From NCBI GenBank assembly GCA_036383375.1, contig DASVOL010000494.1:1-53265 (forward strand): a DNA stretch of 53,265 nt. The letters are read 5' to 3'. Both the position numbers and the translations under genes were made by a program. The notes beneath the pieces are model-generated. The model did not search any database, was not told the origin of the DNA, and worked only from the letters and a program-made list of their open reading frames with translations. The stretch is from Bradyrhizobium sp. GTDB taxonomy: Bacteria > Pseudomonadota > Alphaproteobacteria > Rhizobiales > Xanthobacteraceae. This document shows positions 1 through 9,302 of this stretch, one piece after another. How positions within the stretch are numbered: the stretch's first letter is position 1; every line of letters begins with the position of its first letter.

Positions 1-16
1 AAGCAACGTCAGCCAT
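1..16 (-). CDS. 5' end of next gene of the ABC operon, probably the ATP-binding subunit (partial, MADVA...)
   Basis: ATG at 16-14 reads MADVA, 6 nt after the permease stop; the operon otherwise lacks an ATPase in the window. Identity inferred from context only. Confidence 0.4.
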
Positions 17-22
17 GAGATA

Positions 23-934
23 TCAACCCTTTGTCGCACCGGCGGTCAGGCCGGCAATGTAGTAGTCCATCAGGAAAGCGTAGATGATCAACGGCGGCGC
101 GGCGCCAAGCAGTGCGCCGGTCATGATCTGTCCCCAGTTGAAGACGTCGCCCTTGATCAGCGTCGTGACGATGCCGACCGGAAGCAGCAGCTCGCTGGCC
201 GAGGTCGTAAAGGCAAGCGGATAGAGGAACTGCGCCCACGACACCGTGAAGCTGAAGATCATCGCGGCGATGATGCCGGGCAGCGCCACCGGGATGAAGA
301 TCTTGGTCAGCGTCTGCATCCAGGTCGCGCCGTCGATCAGGGCCGCCTCGTCGAGTTCCTTGGGGATCGACGCGAAGTAGCCGATCATGATCCAGGTGCA
401 GAACGGCACCGTCAGCGTCGGGTAGATGAACAGCAGCACGTACCAACGATTGACCAGCTGGATGCCGGTCCAGTCGCCGAACACGGCAAACATCTTGAAC
501 AGCGGAATGAACAGCAGGCTGTCCGGAATGAGATAGGTGAGGAAGACGCCGGTCGCGAGCGTCGCCGAGCCCCAGAACTTCATCCGCGCCAGCGCAAAGG
601 CCGCCGGCACGCTGATCAGCATCGTGATCGTGACCACGATGATCGAGACCCAGGCCGAGTTCCAGAAGAAGCGCAGGAACTGATTGGAGGTCAGCAACTC
701 AACATAGTTGGAGAGCGTCGGATGATACACCCACCACGGGTTGGTCGCCGCGGAAATCTCCGCGCTGCTCTTCAGCGAAGTGATCAACATGTAGAACGGC
801 GGCACCAGCGAGAAGATCGCAAACAGCGTCAGGAAGAAGTAGGACCAGCGCAGCGCCCAGGTCCGGTCGCGGCTCATGCTGCCGTATTTGACCTTGCGGG
901 TCGGTCCGGACTTGTCGATCGTGACTGTGCTCAT
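23..934 (-). CDS. Carbohydrate ABC transporter permease (MalG/UgpE-like)
   Basis: 303 aa, multiple TM segments, EAA loop ELDEAALIDGA; start overlaps upstream permease stop. Confidence 0.92.
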   Translation of the reverse strand: MSTVTIDKSGPTRKVKYGSMSRDRTWALRWSYFFLTLFAIFSLVPPFYMLITSLKSSAEISAATNPWWVYHPTLSNYVELLTSNQFLRFFWNSAWVSIIVVTITMLISVPAAFALARMKFWGSATLATGVFLTYLIPDSLLFIPLFKMFAVFGDWTGIQLVNRWYVLLFIYPTLTVPFCTWIMIGYFASIPKELDEAALIDGATWMQTLTKIFIPVALPGIIAAMIFSFTVSWAQFLYPLAFTTSASELLLPVGIVTTLIKGDVFNWGQIMTGALLGAAPPLIIYAFLMDYYIAGLTAGATKG

Positions 935-1872
935 CAGGATTCATTCCCGCGTTTGGTGATGTCGCGCAGGATGAAGATCGCCGCGACCGCGAGGATCGGC
1001 ACCATGAACAGCGAAACGCTGGCGCCGAGCGGAATGTCGCTACCCTCGATGCCGACGCGGAATGCCCAGGTCGCGAAGATGTGGGTGTGGTCGAGCGGCC
1101 CGCCTGCGGTCAGGATGCGCACGATGTCGAAATTGGCGAAGGTCACGATCAGCGAGAACAGCGTCGTGATCGCGATGATGTTGCGCATCATCGGCAGGGT
1201 CACGTACCAGATCCGCTGCCACCAATTGGCGCCGTCGATCGCGGCCGCCTCATAGAGCTGCTCGGGCACTGATTTCAGCGCCGCCAGATACATGATCATG
1301 AAGAACGGCGCGCCGTACCAGACGTTGACCAGGATCACCGAGAAGCGCGCCCACATCGCATCACCGGTCCACGGAATCGGGCCGAGGCCGAAGAACGACA
1401 GCGTGTAGTTGAAGGCGCTGTAGGACGGGTCGAACAGCCACAGCCAGGCCAGCGTGCTCATCGCCGGCGGGATCACCCATGGCACCAGCAGCATGCCGCG
1501 CCATTTGCGCTGCTTGTTGGCGGGCACGTTGTGCACGAAATGCGCGACGATGAAACCGATCAGCGCTTTGAAGACCACTGCCGAGATCGCAAAGATGCAG
1601 GATTGCTTGACCACCAGCCAGAAGGTTTCGCGCTTGAACAGGAACTCGAAATTGCCGAAGCCGACGAACTTCGTCATTGCCTTGTTCAGCGTCGCCAGAT
1701 GCAGGGAATAGAGGGCTGGGTAGAGCACGAGAACCGCGATCAGGAGGATCAGCGGCAGCGTCATCAGGAACGCGGCCATCGATTTGCGCCGCAGCGCATT
1801 GCGCAGGCCGGTGCGCCTTCGCCCAGGCTGGGCCGCAGCTGTGCGGCTGGATTGGAGTGCGACATCAACCAT
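934..1872 (-). CDS. Carbohydrate ABC transporter permease (MalF/UgpA-like)
   Basis: EAA loop LYEAAAIDGANWWQ, FVGFGNF motif; start set at MVDVALQ (1872) because the longer ORF overlaps the SBP gene. Confidence 0.92.
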   Translation of the reverse strand: MVDVALQSSRTAAAQPGRRRTGLRNALRRKSMAAFLMTLPLILLIAVLVLYPALYSLHLATLNKAMTKFVGFGNFEFLFKRETFWLVVKQSCIFAISAVVFKALIGFIVAHFVHNVPANKQRKWRGMLLVPWVIPPAMSTLAWLWLFDPSYSAFNYTLSFFGLGPIPWTGDAMWARFSVILVNVWYGAPFFMIMYLAALKSVPEQLYEAAAIDGANWWQRIWYVTLPMMRNIIAITTLFSLIVTFANFDIVRILTAGGPLDHTHIFATWAFRVGIEGSDIPLGASVSLFMVPILAVAAIFILRDITKRGNES

Positions 1873-1990
1873 TACGCTGGTCCCTCGCGCGGGTTGGTTG
1901 CACGGCTCGCCGTGTTCGGCGGCCGGGATGCAGAGGCGAGATCTCGCGCGGCCAACATGATCGGCGACCGCGCGCGAACTCGTCCGTTCG

Positions 1991-3331
1991 TCAGCTTCGC
2001 ATGAAGCCTTCGCACTCGCCCTCGGCCCAGGCGAGTGTCTTTTCCATGGCTTCACCCTGGTAGTAGCGGAGGCACATCTTGGTCAGGGTGGCCTGGAAGT
2101 AGATCTGCTGTGCGACCTTGGGCGGCGCGGGCGAGGCCGCAATCGACAGCGTCTGGTGCTTGAAGGGGTTCGGGTAGTGATAGAGCGTGCCCTTCGGCGG
2201 CCCTTGCTCTTCCCAGACCTTCAACGTCGTGAGCTTCTCATAGGCCGGCAGGTCGTAGCCGCCGCTCGCGACCACCATCTTCTCGATCGATGCCGGTTGC
2301 GACAGGAAGGACAGCAGGCTCTTGGCTGCTTCCTTGTTCTTCGAGAACGACCAGATCGACCAGAAGAACGGCAGATAGGGCGCGAAGCGTCCCTTCGGCC
2401 CGGCCGGGAAGCCGTGGGTCCAGCATTGCTCCGCGACTTGCGGCGCATCGCGCTTGGCGACCGCCCATGCGCTCGGCGGGTTCATGATCATGGCGCCCTT
2501 GCCGGCGACCAGCCACTTGTTGTTGGAAGCATCATCCCATGCGGCAACGTCGGGCGGCAGGAACGCGAGCAGCTTCTTGTAGAATTCGAGCGACTGGCGC
2601 ACCGCGTCGGTCTTGACGGTGAGGTTGCCCTTGGCGTCGACCAGCTGCGCGCCGAACGACTGGAAGATCGCGCCGGCGGTGTCGACATTGTCGCTGGTCT
2701 CGCCGAGACCGATGCCGAACGGGAAGCCGGCCTTGTGGCAGGCTTCAGCCGCCTTGAGGAAGGTATCGAGCGTCCAGTTGTCCGCCTTCGGCGGGCCTCC
2801 GGCCGGATACATCTCCTGGACGTCGATGTTGGCGTACTTCTTCATCAGGTCGATGCGCGAGCAGGGACCCTTGATCTGGCTGCCGACGCTGGCGGGAACG
2901 CCGAGCCATTTGCCGTCGGCCTGGCCGAGATACTTCACCGTGCCGTTGACGTCGCCGTTCAGCTTGATGAGCGGGTCCATGATGTCGTTGACCGGTTCCA
3001 GTAGCTCGGCATTGGACTGCGGCCACCAGGTCGGCATCTGGAAGATATCGTGACCGGATTTCGCCTGCGCCTCGGCGGCGATGGTGACGATGTTCTTGTT
3101 GCCCTGGCTGGTGATGTAGTCGAGCTGGACCTCGACCTTTTCCTTGGCGGCCCATTCGTTGACGAGCTCGGTGGAGGCACTGTTCGCACCCGGCACCCAG
3201 TGATCCCAGAAGCCCATCGAGAGCTTGCCGGCTGCGTAGGCGCCACGCACGTAGGGGGCTGTAATGAGCGCCGCCGATGACAGCGCTGTCGCTGCAACGA
3301 ATTCTCGGCGCGAAAGCTTCTTCCGTGACAT
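1991..3331 (-). CDS. ABC transporter substrate-binding protein (family 1), Tat-exported
   Basis: Twin-arginine signal SRREFV...AYA; GGAGGG RBS before ATG 3331; directly upstream of two permeases. Confidence 0.9.
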   Translation of the reverse strand: MSRKKLSRREFVAATALSSAALITAPYVRGAYAAGKLSMGFWDHWVPGANSASTELVNEWAAKEKVEVQLDYITSQGNKNIVTIAAEAQAKSGHDIFQMPTWWPQSNAELLEPVNDIMDPLIKLNGDVNGTVKYLGQADGKWLGVPASVGSQIKGPCSRIDLMKKYANIDVQEMYPAGGPPKADNWTLDTFLKAAEACHKAGFPFGIGLGETSDNVDTAGAIFQSFGAQLVDAKGNLTVKTDAVRQSLEFYKKLLAFLPPDVAAWDDASNNKWLVAGKGAMIMNPPSAWAVAKRDAPQVAEQCWTHGFPAGPKGRFAPYLPFFWSIWSFSKNKEAAKSLLSFLSQPASIEKMVVASGGYDLPAYEKLTTLKVWEEQGPPKGTLYHYPNPFKHQTLSIAASPAPPKVAQQIYFQATLTKMCLRYYQGEAMEKTLAWAEGECEGFMRS

Positions 3332-3787
3332 GGCATTCCCTCCCTGGTAGCCGACGGACAAAAGGCTTTTTCTGAATCCCGTTGTTGTTTTTGTGCGTCG
3401 CGTTCGCGCGACGTCGCGGGATTTCGTTCACACTGATCAGAACAGAATTGCCGGCTGCTGTCGAGAAACGAGATGCCTGTGCCAAGTAGTACTAACGTTG
3501 TGGTCAAATCGCAGGCAGTGTCATCGGCATCAGTGCAGATGTCCGTGGTTTGCCGCGCTTCCCATGATCATGCTGCGACGCACGCGAAGGTCGGCGCGGC
3601 GATGCGCGCAGACGGTGCGCGGTTGAGCCGCAGGTTTCCGCCAGCGCCTTATCGAGCCGTGTTCCGTCATGTTGATGGCGAGCGCGACCGATAGACTTGC
3701 CGAAGCCGGAAACGATAAAGTCCGGATTCGTCGAACCTGCCCGCCGCGTTAGTCCTGCAATCCACCATCGATCACGGAGACCCGATC

Positions 3788-4540
3788 ATGCTCATTCCGG
3801 TAGCGAAGCTGCGAGCACAATGGAGATTGTGCGCCGCGGTTGGGGCCGCCGCCGTCACGCTGCTTGCAGTGCCTCATATGGTCGATGCGCAGATCGTGCA
3901 GGGCGTCGAAAACGGCGCGCGCGAGGGCAACAAGGCCGCCGGACCGGTCGGCGGCGTTCTGGGCGGAGCAATCGGCGGCGTCGTCGGGGTCGTGACCGGC
4001 GTGACCGGGGTGCTGACCGGCAACAACAACGCCAACCCCAATGCCGGCAATGGCAAGAACGCCCAAGCTCCGGCGTCCGGTGACAAACAGGGTGCCAAGG
4101 CCGCCAAATCGGCCAAGGCTGCCGCCAAGGACAAGGGCGCAAAGCAGGCGCCGACGGTGCTGACCCAGGCAGGCGCGCCGCAGCTCACCGCCGAACAGAT
4201 CGTCGCCAACAGCGACGCCAACATCGATCGGATCAAGAAGGAGCTCAACCTGACGCCGGAGCAGGAGAAGAATTGGGCCGGCTTCAACAGCGCGATGCAC
4301 TATCTCGGCCACAATGGCGCCGACCGCCTCAACCTGCGCATCGCACGCGCGCAGCGCGATCCGCCTGACGATATCATCGAGCAGATGCGCAACGAGGCCC
4401 AGTTCCTCAACGACCGCGCCGTCGACCAGCGCGGCGTCGCCGACGCCGCCGAGCCGCTCTATGCGAGCCTCGACGACAAGCAGAAACAAATCTTCATCAA
4501 CGAAATGGTCCGCCTCAGCCACGAACGCGGGCTCGATTGA
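3788..4540 (+). CDS. Spy/CpxP-like (LTXXQ motif) periplasmic protein
   Basis: Signal peptide, glycine-zipper segment GGVLGGAIGGVVG, LTPEQ and LYASLDDKQK motifs; GGAGA RBS. Confidence 0.75.
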   Translation: MLIPVAKLRAQWRLCAAVGAAAVTLLAVPHMVDAQIVQGVENGAREGNKAAGPVGGVLGGAIGGVVGVVTGVTGVLTGNNNANPNAGNGKNAQAPASGDKQGAKAAKSAKAAAKDKGAKQAPTVLTQAGAPQLTAEQIVANSDANIDRIKKELNLTPEQEKNWAGFNSAMHYLGHNGADRLNLRIARAQRDPPDDIIEQMRNEAQFLNDRAVDQRGVADAAEPLYASLDDKQKQIFINEMVRLSHERGLD

Positions 4541-4799
4541 GCCCATCGACGGCGAAGTGGGGACGAATAGCCGGGCCACCAGGCCCTGGGGTAGGTTAAA
4601 GGCGCAGCACCCGGCTATTCTGCCGCAGCGGCGCGGCCCGGTTAATTCGTCATTCAATGTTGAAGAAAAACGGACCGGATCACGCCCGAGTGATGGCCGA
4701 GTCGGGGCCTTGTCAGGAACCGTTTTGCTGACATGAACAATTGGCCGGCACATGCGCCGGGCAATTCTTGAGCAGCGGGATAATTCCGCGAAGACCGGT

Positions 4800-5201
4800 T
4801 CAACCCTTCGCGAAGTTCAGCTCCACGCCGACGCCGTCGGGATCGTACAGGAAGATCTGGGTGTCGCCGGTGCGCGGCACGATCTGCTCACGAAAGCTGA
4901 CGTTCTTCGCCTGCAGGCGCTTGCGCACGGCGTCGACGTCGGTGGCGGCGAAGGCAATATGATCGAGCCGGCCGGTGTCTTCATATTTCTTCTCGGTGCC
5001 GCGCACCACGATGCCGTCGCGCGGCTTGCGGGTGCCCATTAAATGGACAGTGGCCTGGCCGCCGGAATAGAGCCAGTAGCCGGGGAAATCGAGCGGCGGA
5101 CGATCGCCGTTCTCGAGCCCGAGCACGTCGCAATAGAACGCCTTGGTCTTCTCCAGGTCCTGTGGCTCGATCGTAAAATGCTGTAGTCCGCCCAACGGCA
5201 T
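4800..5201 (-). CDS. VOC / glyoxalase family protein
   Basis: HFTI..DLEKTKAFYCDVLGL, DHIAF, IFLYDPDGVGVEL motifs. Confidence 0.9.
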   Translation of the reverse strand: MPLGGLQHFTIEPQDLEKTKAFYCDVLGLENGDRPPLDFPGYWLYSGGQATVHLMGTRKPRDGIVVRGTEKKYEDTGRLDHIAFAATDVDAVRKRLQAKNVSFREQIVPRTGDTQIFLYDPDGVGVELNFAKG

Positions 5202-5225
5202 GGTTCTTCTCCCTGAGAAATCGGA

Positions 5226-6413
5226 TTAGACGAAGCTGAGGTCGGCATCGACGCCGAGCATCCAGGCGCCGACGGTCTCGAAATGACTGAAGCGGCCCTG
5301 CAATTGCTGGGTCACGGTGTGGATGTCGCGGAAGCGCCGCTCCAGCGGATGGCCGTCGAAGATCGCGGTGGCACCGGCCGTGTTGTAGGCGAAGTCCACG
5401 GCTTCCCGCGCCTTGTGGATGGCGTGCGTTGCCGCCATCCGGATCGTCATGCGCTGCGCGACCGTGATGCTGTGCCCGGCAACCAGGTCCTTCCAGATAT
5501 CCGCCATCGACTGCAGCAGGAAGGCACGGGCGGAACGCAGATTGACCTCGGCCTGGGCGAGGCCGGATTGCACCACGGCGTTGTCGCGCAGCGTCATCTT
5601 CATGCCGCGCGGCACCTTGTTGCGGGCGACGTCGACGAAATTGTCCACCGCGCTGCGGGCGATGCCGCACGCAACGCCCGCGAAGCCGACCTGGTAACAG
5701 GTGTGGTTGCTCATCCGGTACAGCGGACCGCTCTCGCGGCATTCGCGATCGAATTCGCGGGTGATCGAATGGTCCGCGCGGACGAAGACGTCGTCCAGCG
5801 CGAACTGGTCGCTGGCGGTGCCGCGCAGCCCGACCGTGTTCCAGATGTCGGTCCATTCGACATCTTCGGTCCGCACCAGCATGGTGCGCTCGACCTGCTC
5901 GCCATTGGCGTCGCGACGCGGCGAGCCGTCAGCGGCATAGACCGGGCAGTGGGCGCCGAGCCAGGTGGCATGCCGCCCGCCTGACGCAAACGACCAGACC
6001 CCGGTGACGCGGTAGCCGCCCGCGCACTCGACAGCCCTGACCTTCGGACCGGGTCCCCAGGCGAGCACGGCGCGCGGATCGCCGAACATCTCTTGCGCGA
6101 CCGGCAGATCGAGATAGGCCGCCGACATCGCACAGCCGCCGGCCTGGCTCAGGCACCACGCCGTCGAGGCATCGGCCTTGGCGATGGTCTCGATGACATG
6201 GAAGAAGGTGACGGGATCGGTTTCGATCCCCTCGGTCGAGCGCGGCAGCAAGAGGCGGAATAGCCGCGCCTCGTGCAGCCGGTCGAGCAGATCGGGCGGC
6301 AGGCGGCGCGTCGTCTCGATCGCGTCGGAGGCAGCTGCAACCGCGTCCTTGACCGCCTCGGCGCTGGCGATCACGTCGCGATCACCGGCGAGATCGGCTG
6401 AAGTCACGCTCAT
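5226..6413 (-). CDS. Acyl-CoA-dehydrogenase-fold flavin-dependent monooxygenase (HsaA-like oxygenase component)
   Basis: GYRVTGVWSFASG, W..VGLRGTAS, LERRFRDIH motifs; 395 aa. Confidence 0.82.
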   Translation of the reverse strand: MSVTSADLAGDRDVIASAEAVKDAVAAASDAIETTRRLPPDLLDRLHEARLFRLLLPRSTEGIETDPVTFFHVIETIAKADASTAWCLSQAGGCAMSAAYLDLPVAQEMFGDPRAVLAWGPGPKVRAVECAGGYRVTGVWSFASGGRHATWLGAHCPVYAADGSPRRDANGEQVERTMLVRTEDVEWTDIWNTVGLRGTASDQFALDDVFVRADHSITREFDRECRESGPLYRMSNHTCYQVGFAGVACGIARSAVDNFVDVARNKVPRGMKMTLRDNAVVQSGLAQAEVNLRSARAFLLQSMADIWKDLVAGHSITVAQRMTIRMAATHAIHKAREAVDFAYNTAGATAIFDGHPLERRFRDIHTVTQQLQGRFSHFETVGAWMLGVDADLSFV

Positions 6414-6424
6414 GCTGGCCTCCC

Positions 6425-7831
6425 TCAGGCGCGCCGGATCGTTGCGGACGCCGCGACGTCAGCCGCCGCGTTGAGCTCCCTGTCGATCTGCTCGATCGAC
6501 TTGCCCCGCGTCTCGAGCCCGAAGAACAGATAGACGGCACCCGCCATCAGGAACCAGCAGCCGAGATAGACGAAGGCAGTCGGAATTTGGGTCAGCGGCA
6601 CATCCGGCTTGAGATAGTTGTTCGAGCCGACGATCAGGGCAAGCCCGACCGGTCCGATGATCTTGCCGATGCCGCCGAAGCCGTAGGCCGATCCCATGCC
6701 CGTGGTGCGCAGATGCGACGGCCAGACCTCCGCGGCATAGGGGCCGACGATCGCAAAGCCGCCGTCGGCGAAGAAGAACGCGGCGCCGAGCAGCAGCCAG
6801 AATGCCGACATGCCGAACAGCGTCGCGTCGTAGTGATAGCCGGCAATGATGGTCAGCGCGCCGGCGCCGAAGCCGAGCAGGCCGCCGGCGATGCGCCGTC
6901 CCAGCAGTTCCGAGAAATACGAGAACGAGATGCGACCGAGGAAGCCGGTGATGCTGAGCAGGATCATCATCTTGGCGGCTTCCTGCGGCGTGACCTTCAA
7001 GAGCAGCACGAATAGCGCGGGCGCCCACAGTGTGATGCCGTAGACGCCGGTCTGCGCGCCGGCATTGCCGAGCCAGGAGACGATCAGGCTGCGCGGATAT
7101 TTGAACAGGTCGAACCAGCTCGTCTTGACGATCGGGCCGGCGTCGGCCGCGCTCGGCAAGGGCAGCTCGGATGGCTGAACCTCGAGCGCCCAGGCCAGCG
7201 ACTTGCGGGCTTCGTCATAGCGGCCCTGCCGGCACAGCCAGCGCGGCGATTCCGGAACCCAGAGCCGGACCAGCAGCACCAGCACAGCAGGCAGCACGCC
7301 GATCGCAAACAGCAGCCGCCACTGATCGGTGCCCATGATCGCGCCCAGCACCGCGCCGAGGCCGACGCCGAGCGGGATCACGCAGGTGACGAGCCCGCCG
7401 ACCCAGCCGCGCTTGTGCGAGGGCATGAACTCCTGCACCAGCGGCAGGTCGACGCAATAAAGGCCGCCGACGCCGGTGCCGACGAAGAAGCGCAGGACGG
7501 CGAGATAAATCCAGCCATTGTCGGGCGTGAAATAGAGCAGCCCGGTTGCGATCGAGAAGTTCAGGACGGTGCCGATGAAGACGACGCGGCGTCCGACCCG
7601 ATCGGCGAGCCAGCCCCACAGATAGGCGCCGAGGATGGCGCCGATGCCGGAACTCATCAGCACGGTGGCGGACTGGCCAAAGGTGAGTTTCCACGGCCCG
7701 ATCAGGAACGCGAGCACAAAGCCGATCAGGAAGTAGTCGAAGAATTCCAGCGCATCGCCGATGATGGCCGCTGCAAGTATCTTGATCTGGTTGCCGGTCA
7801 GAGTCGTCCGGCGATCGAGAATCTCGAACAT
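6425..7831 (-). CDS. MFS transporter (sugar/aromatic acid type)
   Basis: GWLADRVGRR motif A, PESPRWL, ETRGKSIE; start at second ATG with GGGAGA RBS (alternative 7846). Confidence 0.9.
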   Translation of the reverse strand: MFEILDRRTTLTGNQIKILAAAIIGDALEFFDYFLIGFVLAFLIGPWKLTFGQSATVLMSSGIGAILGAYLWGWLADRVGRRVVFIGTVLNFSIATGLLYFTPDNGWIYLAVLRFFVGTGVGGLYCVDLPLVQEFMPSHKRGWVGGLVTCVIPLGVGLGAVLGAIMGTDQWRLLFAIGVLPAVLVLLVRLWVPESPRWLCRQGRYDEARKSLAWALEVQPSELPLPSAADAGPIVKTSWFDLFKYPRSLIVSWLGNAGAQTGVYGITLWAPALFVLLLKVTPQEAAKMMILLSITGFLGRISFSYFSELLGRRIAGGLLGFGAGALTIIAGYHYDATLFGMSAFWLLLGAAFFFADGGFAIVGPYAAEVWPSHLRTTGMGSAYGFGGIGKIIGPVGLALIVGSNNYLKPDVPLTQIPTAFVYLGCWFLMAGAVYLFFGLETRGKSIEQIDRELNAAADVAASATIRRA

Positions 7832-8094
7832 GGCGCGTCTCCCCATGGCGCCTGTTCGTTGTTATTGGGAGCGTGCGTTGCGCCGGCGCATCGCCCATAG
7901 GATGAGGCTATCCTCGCGCCGTCGCGGACGGCAAGCCCGCACCGACGCGGGGCTCATCTGCAAGGGTGCGATACGCAATCCGGCTTACTGCTGCGCACAA
8001 ATCGTGGTGTGAAAGCCTGATGCAAGCCGCGGGGGCCGTTGACTCCGGCAATGCCGATCGCCCACGTTTGCGTGAAGGAAGCAGGGGGAGGCCG

Positions 8095-8346
8095 GTGGAC
8101 GAAAAGCGCAAGCATCCGCGAACCGAGGTCAACGAACCCGGCTATGTCTCGTCGGGCGGTTCGGTCATGCATTGCACGATCGTGAACATATCGCCGGAAG
8201 GGGCCGCCATCGAGGTCGAGAATCCGGCCTTCGTCCCGCACAGATTCCGCCTGGTAATGGCCCGTGACGCCTCGGTCGTCTATGACTGCCAGGTGATCTG
8301 GAGCAAGAAGACGCGGATTGGAGTGAGTTTCGTGACGGCCGCCTGA
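8095..8346 (+). CDS. Stand-alone PilZ-domain protein
   Basis: RKHPR (RxxxR) and NISPEG (D/NxSxxG) c-di-GMP motifs; GTG start after GGGGAGG. Confidence 0.85.
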   Translation: MDEKRKHPRTEVNEPGYVSSGGSVMHCTIVNISPEGAAIEVENPAFVPHRFRLVMARDASVVYDCQVIWSKKTRIGVSFVTAA

Positions 8347-8429
8347 GCGCGGCAATCTCGTGGGGACGCCATGACCGACCATGCTAACGTGGGTCGGGTC
8401 TGGCTGCTGGAACAGCAGGTGATACGCCG

Positions 8430-9161
8430 ATGACTCCGGAACCCGCAACGATCTGCCTCGGCTGCTGGCAAAACCTGCATATGCCGATCCCGTTGCGTGG
8501 TCCCTTGTCGGCGCCGTTCCGCCTGTTCGGGGTCCGGCCGAGCCGTATGAACCCGAACACCTGCACGATCTGCGAGATGGCCTTCTCGAAGATCATGAAG
8601 GCGCGCGCCGTGACCATCGACGCCACCCTCCTGTTCGCCGATTTGCGCGGCTACACCACACTGACGCAGACCATTGCGCCGGCCGGGCTGACGTCGCTGC
8701 TCGATGCGTTCTACGACGACTGCGCCGCCGCGATCTGGCGCTACGACGGCATTCTCAACAAGACGATCGGCGATGCCGTGTTCGCGATATTCAATTTTCC
8801 GGTGCGGCGGGACGATCATGCCGTGCAGGCCTTGCAGGCGGCGCGCGAGATCCAGCGCCGCTTCCTGGAAAGGCGCGACGCCCTGGCGCAGGCGATCGGC
8901 GCCGGCGACATCGAGCTCGGCATCGGGATCGGGATGGACAGCGGCGACACCAATTTTGGCGAATTCGGCCAGACCCATCGCGACCTGACCGCGGTCGGCA
9001 CGGTGGTCAATCGGGCGGCACGCGCCCAGGCTGCAGCGAAGTCCGGCGAGATCCTGGTCACGACGGCCGTGCGGGATCGAACCCGCGACATGATCACGGC
9101 GACCGGTTCCGAATATACGCTGAAAGGTTTCGACCAGCCGGTTACGCTGTTCTCCGCCTGA
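8430..9161 (+). CDS. Class III adenylate/guanylate cyclase with short Cys-containing N-terminus
   Basis: LFADLRGYT, KTIGDAV, TAVGTVVNRAAR, LKGFDQPV catalytic motifs. Confidence 0.88.
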   Translation: MTPEPATICLGCWQNLHMPIPLRGPLSAPFRLFGVRPSRMNPNTCTICEMAFSKIMKARAVTIDATLLFADLRGYTTLTQTIAPAGLTSLLDAFYDDCAAAIWRYDGILNKTIGDAVFAIFNFPVRRDDHAVQALQAAREIQRRFLERRDALAQAIGAGDIELGIGIGMDSGDTNFGEFGQTHRDLTAVGTVVNRAARAQAAAKSGEILVTTAVRDRTRDMITATGSEYTLKGFDQPVTLFSA

Positions 9162-9174
9162 ATTGACGCGGCGC

Positions 9175-9216
9175 AAAAAAGACGGCTCCAGCGCGCAGCC
9201 GCGCGCCGAAGCCGTC
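9175..9216 (-). terminator. Rho-independent terminator
   Basis: Minus strand GACGGC...GCGCG-loop-CGCGC...GCCGTC followed by TTTTTT. Confidence 0.75.
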
Positions 9217-9245
9217 GGGATGGTCGTTTGCCGATTACGAACGTC
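9175..9245 (-). ncRNA. Candidate ~70-nt sigma-EcfG-dependent small RNA
   Basis: Short stretch with no recognisable gene between a consensus GGAAC-N16-CGTT promoter and an intrinsic terminator; 5' end estimated. Confidence 0.45.
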
Positions 9246-9250
9246 GCCTC

Positions 9251-9275
9251 AACGCGAGGCCGGCGGCTTCGTTCC
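9251..9275 (-). promoter_or_regulatory. Sigma-EcfG (general stress) promoter GGAAC-N16-CGTT
   Basis: Exact consensus on the minus strand: GGAAC gaagccgccggcctcg CGTT. Confidence 0.65.
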
Positions 9276-9302
9276 CGCCCAAACGAAATTCTTTTGACCC
9301 TT

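Noticed and set aside
8371-8433. 20-codon ORF overlapping the cyclase start (ATGA) as a leader peptide
   Set aside because: No regulatory codon run or attenuator structure; likely chance.
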